Source of the DNA: Candidatus Fermentibacteraceae bacterium
GTDB lineage: Bacteria > Fermentibacterota > Fermentibacteria > Fermentibacterales > JCC-6
Assembly (NCBI GenBank): GCA_041750285.1
Contig: JBGSZS010000016.1
Span: 1 to 64,000, forward strand
Reading direction: 5' to 3'
DNA length: 64,000 bases
Made by a program: the position numbers and the translations under genes
Part shown: piece by piece, positions 55,840 to 64,000 of the stretch
Position numbering within the stretch: position 1 is the stretch's first letter
Layout of the letters: every line of letters starts with the position of its first letter
Notes under the pieces: generated by a model
Told to the model about the DNA's origin: nothing
What the model saw: only the letters and a program-made list of their open reading frames with translations
The model's database searches: none

Positions 55840-56615
55840 GTTCCCAGGACAACCGAGGCGATCATCATGAACAGGCTTGCGAGCTGGTTGTCGGTTATTC
55901 CCGGTCTGCCGGCGAAGACGCTGTACCCAAGAAGGTCGAGCGGTGCATGGTCGAAATGGCGGACCTCCTCGAGCCCGAAGCGGGTGGCGCCGTAAAGACC
56001 AGTGAAAAGGCAGAAGATGAACCCCGGAAAATGCCTGCGTCTGTCTGCCAGAAGCAGGATGACAAGCATGAGCAACCCGAATCCTGATGCGTACAGCTGT
56101 GCCGGATGGAGCGGAATGCTTCCGTAGGCGTCCCAGGGCAGCGAGCCGGAAGGAAAGCACACGCCCAGTGCGCTTTCGGTGGGTGAACCGAAACAGCACC
56201 CGTTGAGGAAGCAGCCGATGCGAGTTATGAAAATGCCCAGGGGAAAAGCGGGGATCACGGCATCCACAAGCTCCCATAACGGCCAGCGCTTCCGGATGAT
56301 GTAGACGAAACCGGTGACAACCGCGAGGATCACGCCGCCCAGCATGCTGAGACCGTACAGACCATTCCAGAACGCCACCATCTGTATGGGATCATCAGTG
56401 AACTGGTCGAGATGGGTGACCACGTACAGAAGCCGTGAGCCAACGATTGCGGCCAGCATGATCCAGACACCCATGCTGGTCACGTCATCCGAAGAGATCC
56501 CCCTCGCGGAGCTGCGCCGGGCCGCGAGCTTCACCCCAAGCAGGAAGGAGACCGCAAGGGCGAGCCCGTACGAGTTAAGGGGAACACTGCCGATGTGAAA
56601 AAGTACTGGATGCAT
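55806..56615 (-). CDS. lgt: Prolipoprotein diacylglyceryl transferase
   Basis: MHPVLF, SYG, GSRL, RIGCFLNGCCFG, HPAQLY. Confidence 0.93.
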   Translation of the reverse strand: MHPVLFHIGSVPLNSYGLALAVSFLLGVKLAARRSSARGISSDDVTSMGVWIMLAAIVGSRLLYVVTHLDQFTDDPIQMVAFWNGLYGLSMLGGVILAVVTGFVYIIRKRWPLWELVDAVIPAFPLGIFITRIGCFLNGCCFGSPTESALGVCFPSGSLPWDAYGSIPLHPAQLYASGFGLLMLVILLLADRRRHFPGFIFCLFTGLYGATRFGLEEVRHFDHAPLDLLGYSVFAGRPGITDNQLASLFMMIASVVLGTWLYISHRKRS

Positions 56616-56663
56616 TCTTCCCTCCCTGAGTCAGAGGGGAATCTAACTGCTGAAACCCCCGGG

Positions 56664-57854
56664 CTACCAGCTTCTCCAGTTGCGGGCCGCGTTCAGGGCA
56701 AGACCCACCATGAGCATCTCGGTGAATATGTGGCTGCCTCCGTAGGTCATGAGGGGAAGCGGAAGGCCGGTCACCGGCATGATCCCGACCGCCATGCCGA
56801 TGTTCACGAACACATGGATCAGGAAGTAGATCCCCACACCTGCCGCCATTATGGAGTTGAACGGGTTCATCGAACGTCGGGCGGCGAGGAGTATGCGCCA
56901 TATGAGGAGTGCGTAGACACCAAGCAGGAAGACCGAGCCGACGAATCCGAACTCTTCGGCAAAAACGCTGAAAATGAAGTCGGTGTGCCGAGCGGGGAGA
57001 TAGGCAAGGGTTTTCTGGGTCCCCCTTAGAAATCCCTGCCCGTAGAAGCGCCCGGCTCCCACCGCCACCTGGGACTGGATGATGTTCCATCCTGCGCCCT
57101 GCGGATCCTGGGCGGGGTCGAGAAAGGTCGTGAGCCTGGCCTTCTGGTATGGCATCATGAGGTTCCATGCAACCGGCGTCAGCGCGGCTACCGCAGTGTT
57201 GAGGACCGTCAGGAACACCCACTTCCAGGCCGGAGCCCTGTCACGGTAGAGAACAGCGCACAGCAGCAGGGTGAACAGCAGCCACCATCCGAAGCCGATG
57301 GAGGACACTGCTGCAAGGATCGGGCTGACGAACAGGAATATCCACCTGAAACCGAACCCCCCCCAGTAAAGCATTCCAAGCACGATGAGACCCATCGCGA
57401 CACCGGTCCCAAGGTCGGGCTGAAGCACTGTGAGGCCGACGAGAATGGCCACACCGCCCAGGAAGATCGGCCCGCTGCGCCTCACGGCCCCGCTCTTCAG
57501 TCCGGGAAGCCACCGGGCGGAAACAATTATCAGGGCGGTCTTGGCGAATTCCGAAGCCTGCAGGTTGACCGGGCCGATGACCAGCCACCGGCCGGCGGGA
57601 CCCTGTCCGAAAAACATCGTGAGTACGAGAAGCGCGGCAACGGGAGGGTAGACGAAGGGCGACAGCTCCTCGATCATTCGCAGCGGGATGTTGTAGGCTA
57701 CGGTAAAGACGACCAGCCCAACCGCAACGACAGCCAGCTGTCTGTAGAACAGGTCCCCCCCCGAATCTGCTGAGTAGACCGAAAGAAGCCCGATGCAAAG
57801 CAGAACGCCCAGGGCCAGTGCAAGCAGGAGATCGATCCTGTCACCACTGCGCAT
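56664..57854 (-). CDS. rodA: Rod shape-determining protein RodA
   Basis: QASEFAK, QPDLGT, GWNIIQS, HTDFIFSVFAEEFG, PVTGLPLP. Confidence 0.95.
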   Translation of the reverse strand: MRSGDRIDLLLALALGVLLCIGLLSVYSADSGGDLFYRQLAVVAVGLVVFTVAYNIPLRMIEELSPFVYPPVAALLVLTMFFGQGPAGRWLVIGPVNLQASEFAKTALIIVSARWLPGLKSGAVRRSGPIFLGGVAILVGLTVLQPDLGTGVAMGLIVLGMLYWGGFGFRWIFLFVSPILAAVSSIGFGWWLLFTLLLCAVLYRDRAPAWKWVFLTVLNTAVAALTPVAWNLMMPYQKARLTTFLDPAQDPQGAGWNIIQSQVAVGAGRFYGQGFLRGTQKTLAYLPARHTDFIFSVFAEEFGFVGSVFLLGVYALLIWRILLAARRSMNPFNSIMAAGVGIYFLIHVFVNIGMAVGIMPVTGLPLPLMTYGGSHIFTEMLMVGLALNAARNWRSW

Positions 57855-59574
57855 CGGGATACAGCCTTTCGATCGTTTTCTCCACAATGGCCAGGGCAAG
57901 CGGGCCTGCCACGGCTCCTCCCGAGCCGGCGTGCTCGACGAAAACGGCATATGCCACGGGCGCCGGCCGGAGTACGTAACCGCACACCCAGGCGTGATCT
58001 TCCCCGGTGTGTGTCTCGGCCGTGCCGCTCTTGGCCCTAATGGGAATGGGGCTTGCGCCCATGGAAAGGTGCAGTGTACCGTTGCGCCTCGTAACCGCGG
58101 ACCTGAGACCCCTGTCCAGCTCATCGAAGGTCCCGGTGGAAACGAGCGGTTCGAGCTTCTCGCCGCAGGGTTCGTCTCCGATCACCAGGGAGAGTTCCGG
58201 CATGTCTCCCCGGGATGCCACGAGCCCGCAGACCACTGCCATCTGGAGGGGGGTCGTCAGGAGTTCGCCCTGCCCTATCGAGATGTTGAGCAGATTCCCC
58301 TGCCCCCAGCCTCCGGCGCCGTACAGCTCATTCATCATGGCCCGGTCCGGGACGACACCTGCTGCCTCACCGGGCAGAACGTCCGTAAGCCGTGCGCCGA
58401 GCCCCATAGACCTTGCGATGAGTGCAAGGTCGTCCATGTTGCCATTCTGCGAAGTCCTGTAGAAATAACTGTCGCACGAAACCGTCAAAGCCTCCTCGAG
58501 GTCCAGCCTCCCATGGATTCCCCAGCACCTGAAGACATTGCCGCCGTAAGACACTGAACCGAAGCAGGGGTCGGGCATGTAACCGGCCGTTACGATCCCC
58601 TTCTCGAGAAGCCAGGCAGCGGTCACTATCTTGAAGGTTGACGCGGGGGGGTAGGCGGTACTCCATGCACGGTTGAGCAGAGGCTTCTGGGGATTGGAGA
58701 GAATGGCGTTCCAGTCCCGCGAGGAGATCCCGCCGATGAAAAGGTTGGGGTCGAAACCCGGAACCGATGAGAGGCAGAGCAGCTCACCGGTTGACCAGTC
58801 GAGAACGACCGCTGCTCCGGGATGACCGGTGGCGAGGAGAACGCTGTCGGCAAAGACCTGCAGGCCGGCGTCTATGGTAAGTGATATGTCCTCACCGGGG
58901 ACCGGCGTGCTCTCGGGCGAGTCACCGAACGTATCCACGACCCTTCCGTAGGCGTCGACGACTTCCCTGATGAAACCCGGCGTCCCCATGAGCCTGTCGT
59001 TGAGTATCCGTTCAAGGCCGGTCACGCCGGTAAGCTCGCCCTGGTATCTGGCCGCGCTGTCCGCGAGGCTCACGTATCCCATCAGATGGCAGAAGGAACT
59101 GCCCAGCCGGTACCTTCTTCTGGGGGTGACAGAGACTATCACGCCGGGAAGCCTGTAGGAGTTTTCGGCCACCGGGGCCACAGAGATCAGGTCGAGGTCC
59201 TCCCGAACCACGATCGCCCTGTACGGTGACTGCATCGCGGCATCGAGCCTCTCCTCCATATCCTGTCGTGACATCGAGAGGAGTTCAGCAAGCGCCCAGC
59301 TGTTGGCGGGGTCGAACTCCGAGTGGATCACCGCGACGGAGAACGCGGGCTCATTGTCGGCTATGACCTCTCCGGACCTGTCCGTCACCACACCCCGCGG
59401 CGCCGGCACCGCAACGCTCCTGATCCTGTTCCGGGCCGCAAGCGTGCTGTAGTATTCTCCACGAACCAGCTGAAGGTACACTAGCCTCACCGTCAGGACC
59501 GTGAACAAAGCCAGCAGTATGAGTATCATGCTTTTGAGGGGCCACTCACGCCCCCCGCGCTCGATTCCCCTCAT
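57841..59574 (-). CDS. mrdA: Penicillin-binding protein 2
   Basis: APRGVVTDR, SxxK (STFK), SCD, KSGTAE; ATGA-coupled to mreD. Confidence 0.93.
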   Translation of the reverse strand: MRGIERGGREWPLKSMILILLALFTVLTVRLVYLQLVRGEYYSTLAARNRIRSVAVPAPRGVVTDRSGEVIADNEPAFSVAVIHSEFDPANSWALAELLSMSRQDMEERLDAAMQSPYRAIVVREDLDLISVAPVAENSYRLPGVIVSVTPRRRYRLGSSFCHLMGYVSLADSAARYQGELTGVTGLERILNDRLMGTPGFIREVVDAYGRVVDTFGDSPESTPVPGEDISLTIDAGLQVFADSVLLATGHPGAAVVLDWSTGELLCLSSVPGFDPNLFIGGISSRDWNAILSNPQKPLLNRAWSTAYPPASTFKIVTAAWLLEKGIVTAGYMPDPCFGSVSYGGNVFRCWGIHGRLDLEEALTVSCDSYFYRTSQNGNMDDLALIARSMGLGARLTDVLPGEAAGVVPDRAMMNELYGAGGWGQGNLLNISIGQGELLTTPLQMAVVCGLVASRGDMPELSLVIGDEPCGEKLEPLVSTGTFDELDRGLRSAVTRRNGTLHLSMGASPIPIRAKSGTAETHTGEDHAWVCGYVLRPAPVAYAVFVEHAGSGGAVAGPLALAIVEKTIERLYPDAQW

Positions 59575-60050
59575 GCTGATCTGCTTCTTGCGTGAACTAC
59601 TGCGGTCTGTACGACCGCAAGGAACAGCAGGGGTACCAGTACCCGGGGAAACACCAACAGCATCCTCTGGCCAAGGAAAAGCCCTGGCGGGCGGGATGCC
59701 AGCAGAATGAAGAGGATGTCGCTGACGACCGCGGCGATCGCTGCGTGGGAGTAGAACGAAACAGCACCGGCTGCGGTGGTTGCGCTGAGAAGGCTTCGGG
59801 CGGCAAGTATGCCAAGGATCATGGAAAGTGATGAGGTTCCGGGCGGTTGGTGGGTGAGGAGATCGAGACACAGCCCGGTGAAGAAGGCGCCCTGGATTCC
59901 CCACCCGCTGTCACGGTTCATGCCCAGGAAAACGAGCATCGGAACCAGCAGGTTGGGCGCGAACAAAAGCCTTCCCAGAGTGACCTCCATGAGGAACTGG
60001 ATGACCACCGTCAGCGCCACTGCCGCGGCGTCACGGAAAGAAACCCTCAC
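59571..60050 (-). CDS. mreD: Rod shape-determining protein MreD
   Basis: Hydrophobic, GLCLD motif, located between mreC and mrdA. Confidence 0.8.
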   Translation of the reverse strand: MRVSFRDAAAVALTVVIQFLMEVTLGRLLFAPNLLVPMLVFLGMNRDSGWGIQGAFFTGLCLDLLTHQPPGTSSLSMILGILAARSLLSATTAAGAVSFYSHAAIAAVVSDILFILLASRPPGLFLGQRMLLVFPRVLVPLLFLAVVQTAVVHARSRSA

Positions 60051-60793
60051 GGGGCACCCTGATAGGGAAGAAGAATAAGCACTTCCCCAAGCCTTCTGAA
60101 GTCAACCGCCGGTTCCACCCGAAGTGAGATGTCCAGGCCCCTTGCCCCCTCTTCGACCGATGTGACCGTTCCGATGACAATGCCGTCAGGGTAGACGCCT
60201 CCGAACCTGCTGGTGAGAACCTGTTCACCAACCCGGGGTGGTACGGCCTGGTCGACATGGCTCATGCCGAGCCTGCCATCCGCGCTGGATGATACGAGGC
60301 CCATGGCTCCCGATTCCCCGCATACGGCACTGACCAGAACTCCCGGCAGGGTTATGGGCAGCACCGTGCAGGTGCGATCCCCGACCTGGTCGACTATTCC
60401 GACAAGACCCGCGGCTGCCAGACAGACCGAACCGGTCACCACACTGTCCCGGCTGCCCCTGTCGAGCACGAAGCCGCCCCCAACCAGGCCTTCAGTACGG
60501 TACAGCACCCTTGCCACCAGGGCCCTGGTCTCGGGAAGCCTTACATATCCCAGCAACTCCCTGTACAGCGAGGTCTTCATGGCGGCTTCCCGCAGCCTGG
60601 CGTTCTCGAGCATCAGTTCGAGAACGAGTGTCCGGGTGTAATATCCGTCATCGCCACCGGGATCCCTGAAAAACAACCCGGCGAACATTGCTCCAAGCCT
60701 GCTGCCGACACCCGACAGCAGGGCGGGGCCTGTCAGGATGAGGAGTATGGAAAGAAGGATGTATACGGGCAGCTTCTTCCGGGATCGGTCCAT
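60047..60793 (-). CDS. mreC: Rod shape-determining protein MreC
   Basis: ENARLR coiled coil, LDRGS, GLVG, TS..GGVYP.GI.IG.V. Confidence 0.9.
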   Translation of the reverse strand: MDRSRKKLPVYILLSILLILTGPALLSGVGSRLGAMFAGLFFRDPGGDDGYYTRTLVLELMLENARLREAAMKTSLYRELLGYVRLPETRALVARVLYRTEGLVGGGFVLDRGSRDSVVTGSVCLAAAGLVGIVDQVGDRTCTVLPITLPGVLVSAVCGESGAMGLVSSSADGRLGMSHVDQAVPPRVGEQVLTSRFGGVYPDGIVIGTVTSVEEGARGLDISLRVEPAVDFRRLGEVLILLPYQGAP

Positions 60794-60794
60794 G

Positions 60795-61844
60795 TCAATC
60801 CAGAAGGAGTTTCCTGTATCGGAACAGGTCACCCAGGATGATGCCGGCGCCCAGAACCGTACAGGCCAGCGGGTTGTCTGCGATCCTTATGGGAAGCCCC
60901 GTCTCGCCCTCGAGAAGGGTGTCCAGCCCCCGAAGCAGCGCGCCGCCGCCCGTCAGCACTATTCCACGGTCCACGATATCACGGGCAAGCTCGGCGGGGG
61001 TTTTCTCGAGGGCCTGATGCACGGCCTCGACGATCTGTCCCACCGGAACCCTGAGAGCCTCGAGTATGTCCTGAGAACGCACCCGGTAAGTTCTGGGTAC
61101 TCCGTTGATTATATCGAGACCGCTGACCTCCATGTCATCCGATCTGCCCTCGGTAACAGCTCCCAGGGTGATCTTCACGGTTTCCGCGGTGCGCTCCCCC
61201 ACGAGAAGGCTGAAGTGCCTCTTGAGGTAGCTCTGTATGGCCTCGTTCATCTCATCGCCGCCCACCCTGATCGAGTTCTCCGCCGCAATGGAGTTCAGGC
61301 TTATCACGGCGATCTCCGTCGTTCCCCCGCCGATGTCGACAACCATGTTGCCGGGTGCTCCCTCCACCGGAAGCCCGACTCCCAGTGCTGAAGCCAGAGG
61401 CTCGGGGACCATCAGGACCTCACGAGCACCCGCGCGTTCCAGCGAGTTCCTAACTGCAGTCTTTTCTACCTCGGTGATCCCGCTCGGAACGCATACGAGA
61501 ACCCTGGGTCTCATCGAGAACCTTCTGGCCTGGCTTCTCGAGAAGAACTCCCTAAGCATGGCCAGGGTGGCTGTGGCGTTGGTTATCACGCCGTCTTTCA
61601 GGGGTCTGATCACGGTGAGGTCACGGTTCGTGCGACCAAGCATGATCTTTGCGTCGCCGCCCACCGCAACCACGGCTCCGCTGTCGTTCTCAACGGCGAT
61701 GACGCTGGGTTCCTCCAGCACTATCCCCCTGTTTTCAACATATACAAGCGTGTTTGCCGTGCCGAGATCGATGGCCATGGAGGTGGAAAGAACACCGCCG
61801 CCATCACTGCCGGTAAACCGACGGAACATGCCCTTCAGATCCAT
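60795..61844 (-). CDS. mreB: Rod shape-determining protein MreB
   Basis: IDLGTANT, PLKDGVI, VDIGGGTTE, LTGGGALL. Confidence 0.97.
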   Translation of the reverse strand: MDLKGMFRRFTGSDGGGVLSTSMAIDLGTANTLVYVENRGIVLEEPSVIAVENDSGAVVAVGGDAKIMLGRTNRDLTVIRPLKDGVITNATATLAMLREFFSRSQARRFSMRPRVLVCVPSGITEVEKTAVRNSLERAGAREVLMVPEPLASALGVGLPVEGAPGNMVVDIGGGTTEIAVISLNSIAAENSIRVGGDEMNEAIQSYLKRHFSLLVGERTAETVKITLGAVTEGRSDDMEVSGLDIINGVPRTYRVRSQDILEALRVPVGQIVEAVHQALEKTPAELARDIVDRGIVLTGGGALLRGLDTLLEGETGLPIRIADNPLACTVLGAGIILGDLFRYRKLLLD

Positions 61845-61976
61845 GAGTTAGCAGAACCCCCTTCGGAAGCCTTGGCTGCTTCTCCAAACCGGACAGCAAC
61901 ATATAATGAATCGCAAGCGACAAGGGTACCCTGATGGGGTACTGACGCGATCATGGTGTGTTAACCGAAGGTCGAG

Positions 61977-62747
61977 TTAACGAATGGAGGGTTCAGGGGT
62001 AAGGCGCCAGGGCGTGCCCGGCTCGAGCGTGTCAACCGGAACCGAGGTCCTCAGGGTCCATATAGCATCCCAGGGCTCGGTGGAGACGTCAATTGTTGAC
62101 ATTGTAAACTCGGTTGAACCGTAAGCTGTTACAACGTGCCACCCCCCGGGCCATGCCTGGTACTCGTCGTGCCAGGACGACCGGGTCACCCGCACTTCGA
62201 TGTCTCCTAAAACGAGACTTGAGGGGAAGAGCCCGCCATCATAGGTGAGGGTTGCCGTATCACCTGCGGCTTCAAGGCGCCAGACCCCGTCATCGTACAG
62301 TTCCGCCAGCACGCGGTGCTCGGGCGGGACGGGAAAACCGGTCCGAACAAGTGAGAGAAGGGAAAGAACAGGGAAGACCCCGCATCCCGAAGGAAGGCCG
62401 CCGGGTTTGAAGAAAGCCGCGTCTTCACCTGGATGGTAACCGAGAAAACCTGTCGTATCGCAGAAAAAGCTGAACATGGGCCGGCCGTCCGGGCCGTACA
62501 TGTCGCCCCTCAGCCTGGGAGGGCACCTGGTTCCCCAGACGACGAACGGTCCTTCAGCCACGAGGCTCTCTCCCAGTGCCCTGGCGCGCCCCCTGAGCTG
62601 GAAATGGTCAAGGTTTTCCCAGCAGAAAGATGCCCTCGCCCAGTACCGGAACTCAGGGTTGAGGCCCGTTCCGGTACCCGTGCTGCAACCGGCAAGCAGA
62701 ATAGCCGTTGAAACCGTGTAGAGCAGAATGCGGAGCCGGACCTGCAT
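61977..62747 (-). CDS. Hypothetical lipoprotein (possible LolB/DUF4292-like)
   Basis: Lipobox LLAGC; beta-rich with RLRGDMYGP. Confidence 0.6.
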   Translation of the reverse strand: MQVRLRILLYTVSTAILLAGCSTGTGTGLNPEFRYWARASFCWENLDHFQLRGRARALGESLVAEGPFVVWGTRCPPRLRGDMYGPDGRPMFSFFCDTTGFLGYHPGEDAAFFKPGGLPSGCGVFPVLSLLSLVRTGFPVPPEHRVLAELYDDGVWRLEAAGDTATLTYDGGLFPSSLVLGDIEVRVTRSSWHDEYQAWPGGWHVVTAYGSTEFTMSTIDVSTEPWDAIWTLRTSVPVDTLEPGTPWRLTPEPSIR

Positions 62748-62953
62748 CAGGATCCGTACTGCTTCTCCAGTGCTGCGATCCGCCTGTCGAGCTCGATCTC
62801 GGTGATCAGTTTCTGACGCCTTTTCTGAAGACCCTCAGCCTTGTCGGCGGGCAGCCTCGGCAGAAGGCTGTCTATCATCGAGACCGCCCTGCTGCGGTCT
62901 CCCGATTTGGCTGTTTCATCGATGGTCTTCACAAGGTCACTGAGCTTCGCCAT
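62747..62953 (-). CDS. Small hypothetical helical protein
   Basis: GGGAG RBS, coupled to both neighbours, charged helical composition. Confidence 0.7.
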   Translation of the reverse strand: MAKLSDLVKTIDETAKSGDRSRAVSMIDSLLPRLPADKAEGLQKRRQKLITEIELDRRIAALEKQYGS

Positions 62954-63836
62954 CCCGTTGATCTCCCTTCATCATTCCGTAGCACGCTTCAAGAAAGGTC
63001 CGGACCTGGTCTGAATCCACCCTGAATCCGCCCTTTTCCGACGGGAACACGTCCCGTTCAACAACACCGTGAAAATCGCTTCCGCCGGTGAGCATGAGGC
63101 CGAAATCCCCGGCGGTGCGCACAAGGAAGGCTGTTTTCTCTTTGTCGTGGCCGGGGTAGAACGCTTCGATCCCCATCAGACCGCCTTCGGTCAGCGAGGC
63201 CACGAGTGCCCTGATGCCCTCGCCGTCCCTTCCTTCCAGAAGCCAGGGATGAGCCAGAATTGGGATCCCGCCGTTTTCCCTGACAAGGTCCAGCGCCCTG
63301 AAGTCGCCGATACGCTCCCTGGCGACGTATGCCATGGCGCCCTTTCCCAGATAGTCCCGGAAAGCCTGTTCGGTGCTGGACACGACTCCCATCTGAACCA
63401 GGATGGTGGCGATGTGAAGTCTTCCGGTGACACCCCCGCCGGAATGATCAAGAACCTCGCGCATGGTTATCGGGATGCCCTGTTCCTGAAGCTTCCGAAT
63501 GATAAGGGAGTTGCGGGAATCCCTGGCTTCCCTTACCGCGGTGAGGGCCTTTTCGACTGAACCGCCATCCCACGAAAGCGGATCCTGACCGGGGAAATAA
63601 CCAAGCATGTGAGCCGAGCCCCCGCAGTGAAGCTCGACGCTCAGTTCGATCCCCGGGATGAGTGTCAGGTTTCTGCCCAGCGCAGCCCGGGCAGCTTCGG
63701 GAACACCGTCGAAAGTATCGTGATCGGTCACTGCAAGGGCGCAATACCCGCTCTCAACCGCCCTGTCCACTATCCAGGATGGCCTCATCGCCCCGTCGCT
63801 GCCGGTGCTGTGCACATGAAGATCAAGCGTTGCCAT
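62937..63836 (-). CDS. PHP domain protein (TrpH/YciV-like)
   Basis: DLHVHSTGSDG, TDHDT, GIELS, HMLGY, LAHP, TGGSDFHG. Start ATG 63836. Confidence 0.92.
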   Translation of the reverse strand: MATLDLHVHSTGSDGAMRPSWIVDRAVESGYCALAVTDHDTFDGVPEAARAALGRNLTLIPGIELSVELHCGGSAHMLGYFPGQDPLSWDGGSVEKALTAVREARDSRNSLIIRKLQEQGIPITMREVLDHSGGGVTGRLHIATILVQMGVVSSTEQAFRDYLGKGAMAYVARERIGDFRALDLVRENGGIPILAHPWLLEGRDGEGIRALVASLTEGGLMGIEAFYPGHDKEKTAFLVRTAGDFGLMLTGGSDFHGVVERDVFPSEKGGFRVDSDQVRTFLEACYGMMKGDQRDGEAQ

Positions 63837-64000
63837 AAGCCCTTTCTCAAGGATTGGAATATGCTCGCACCGCGGTGAATGGGCAATGGAGACCCGCCAG
63901 TGAACGATGCTTAACACACGGCACCGATTCCCTTGTATAGTTTTATCCTGTTTCAGGAGGCAACCGCCCCACCCGGGCCGTGAAGGGATGCGAATGGGAA

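Overview
A GC-rich bacterial chromosomal window. The most likely source is an FCB-group anaerobe such as Ca. Fermentibacterota, inferred only from its five proteins with T9SS-type C-terminal domains, a gingipain-like C25 peptidase and DUF5916 paralogues. The left ~29 kb is accessory or secretome-type DNA. It contains the end of an IS3-family element inserted in the sorting domain of an FG-GAP protein, GNAT/TfoX/DUF3795/FGE genes, beta-propeller surface proteins, an adenylate cyclase-STAND-TPR protein, DUF3160, CorA, PepF, a TacAT-type toxin-antitoxin pair with its operator, and an LCCL operon. The centre holds a six-gene Ehr (hydrogenase-4-like, Ni-ligand-free) operon headed by an HTH-PTS IIA regulator. 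It also holds a CDF transporter, a lipoprotein serpin divergent from a C25 protease, and an orphan oadB-oadG pair with a structured leader. The right ~20 kb is a co-directional minus-strand housekeeping cluster (PHP, mreBCD-mrdA-rodA, lgt, comF, dnaE, aminopeptidase, Trm112, DUF167, TPR, DUF5916). Three small CDSs missing from the ORF track were read by hand: IS3 orfA, OadG-like and Trm112. I saw no rRNA, tRNA or CRISPR array. All family assignments come from motif recognition, not database searches.
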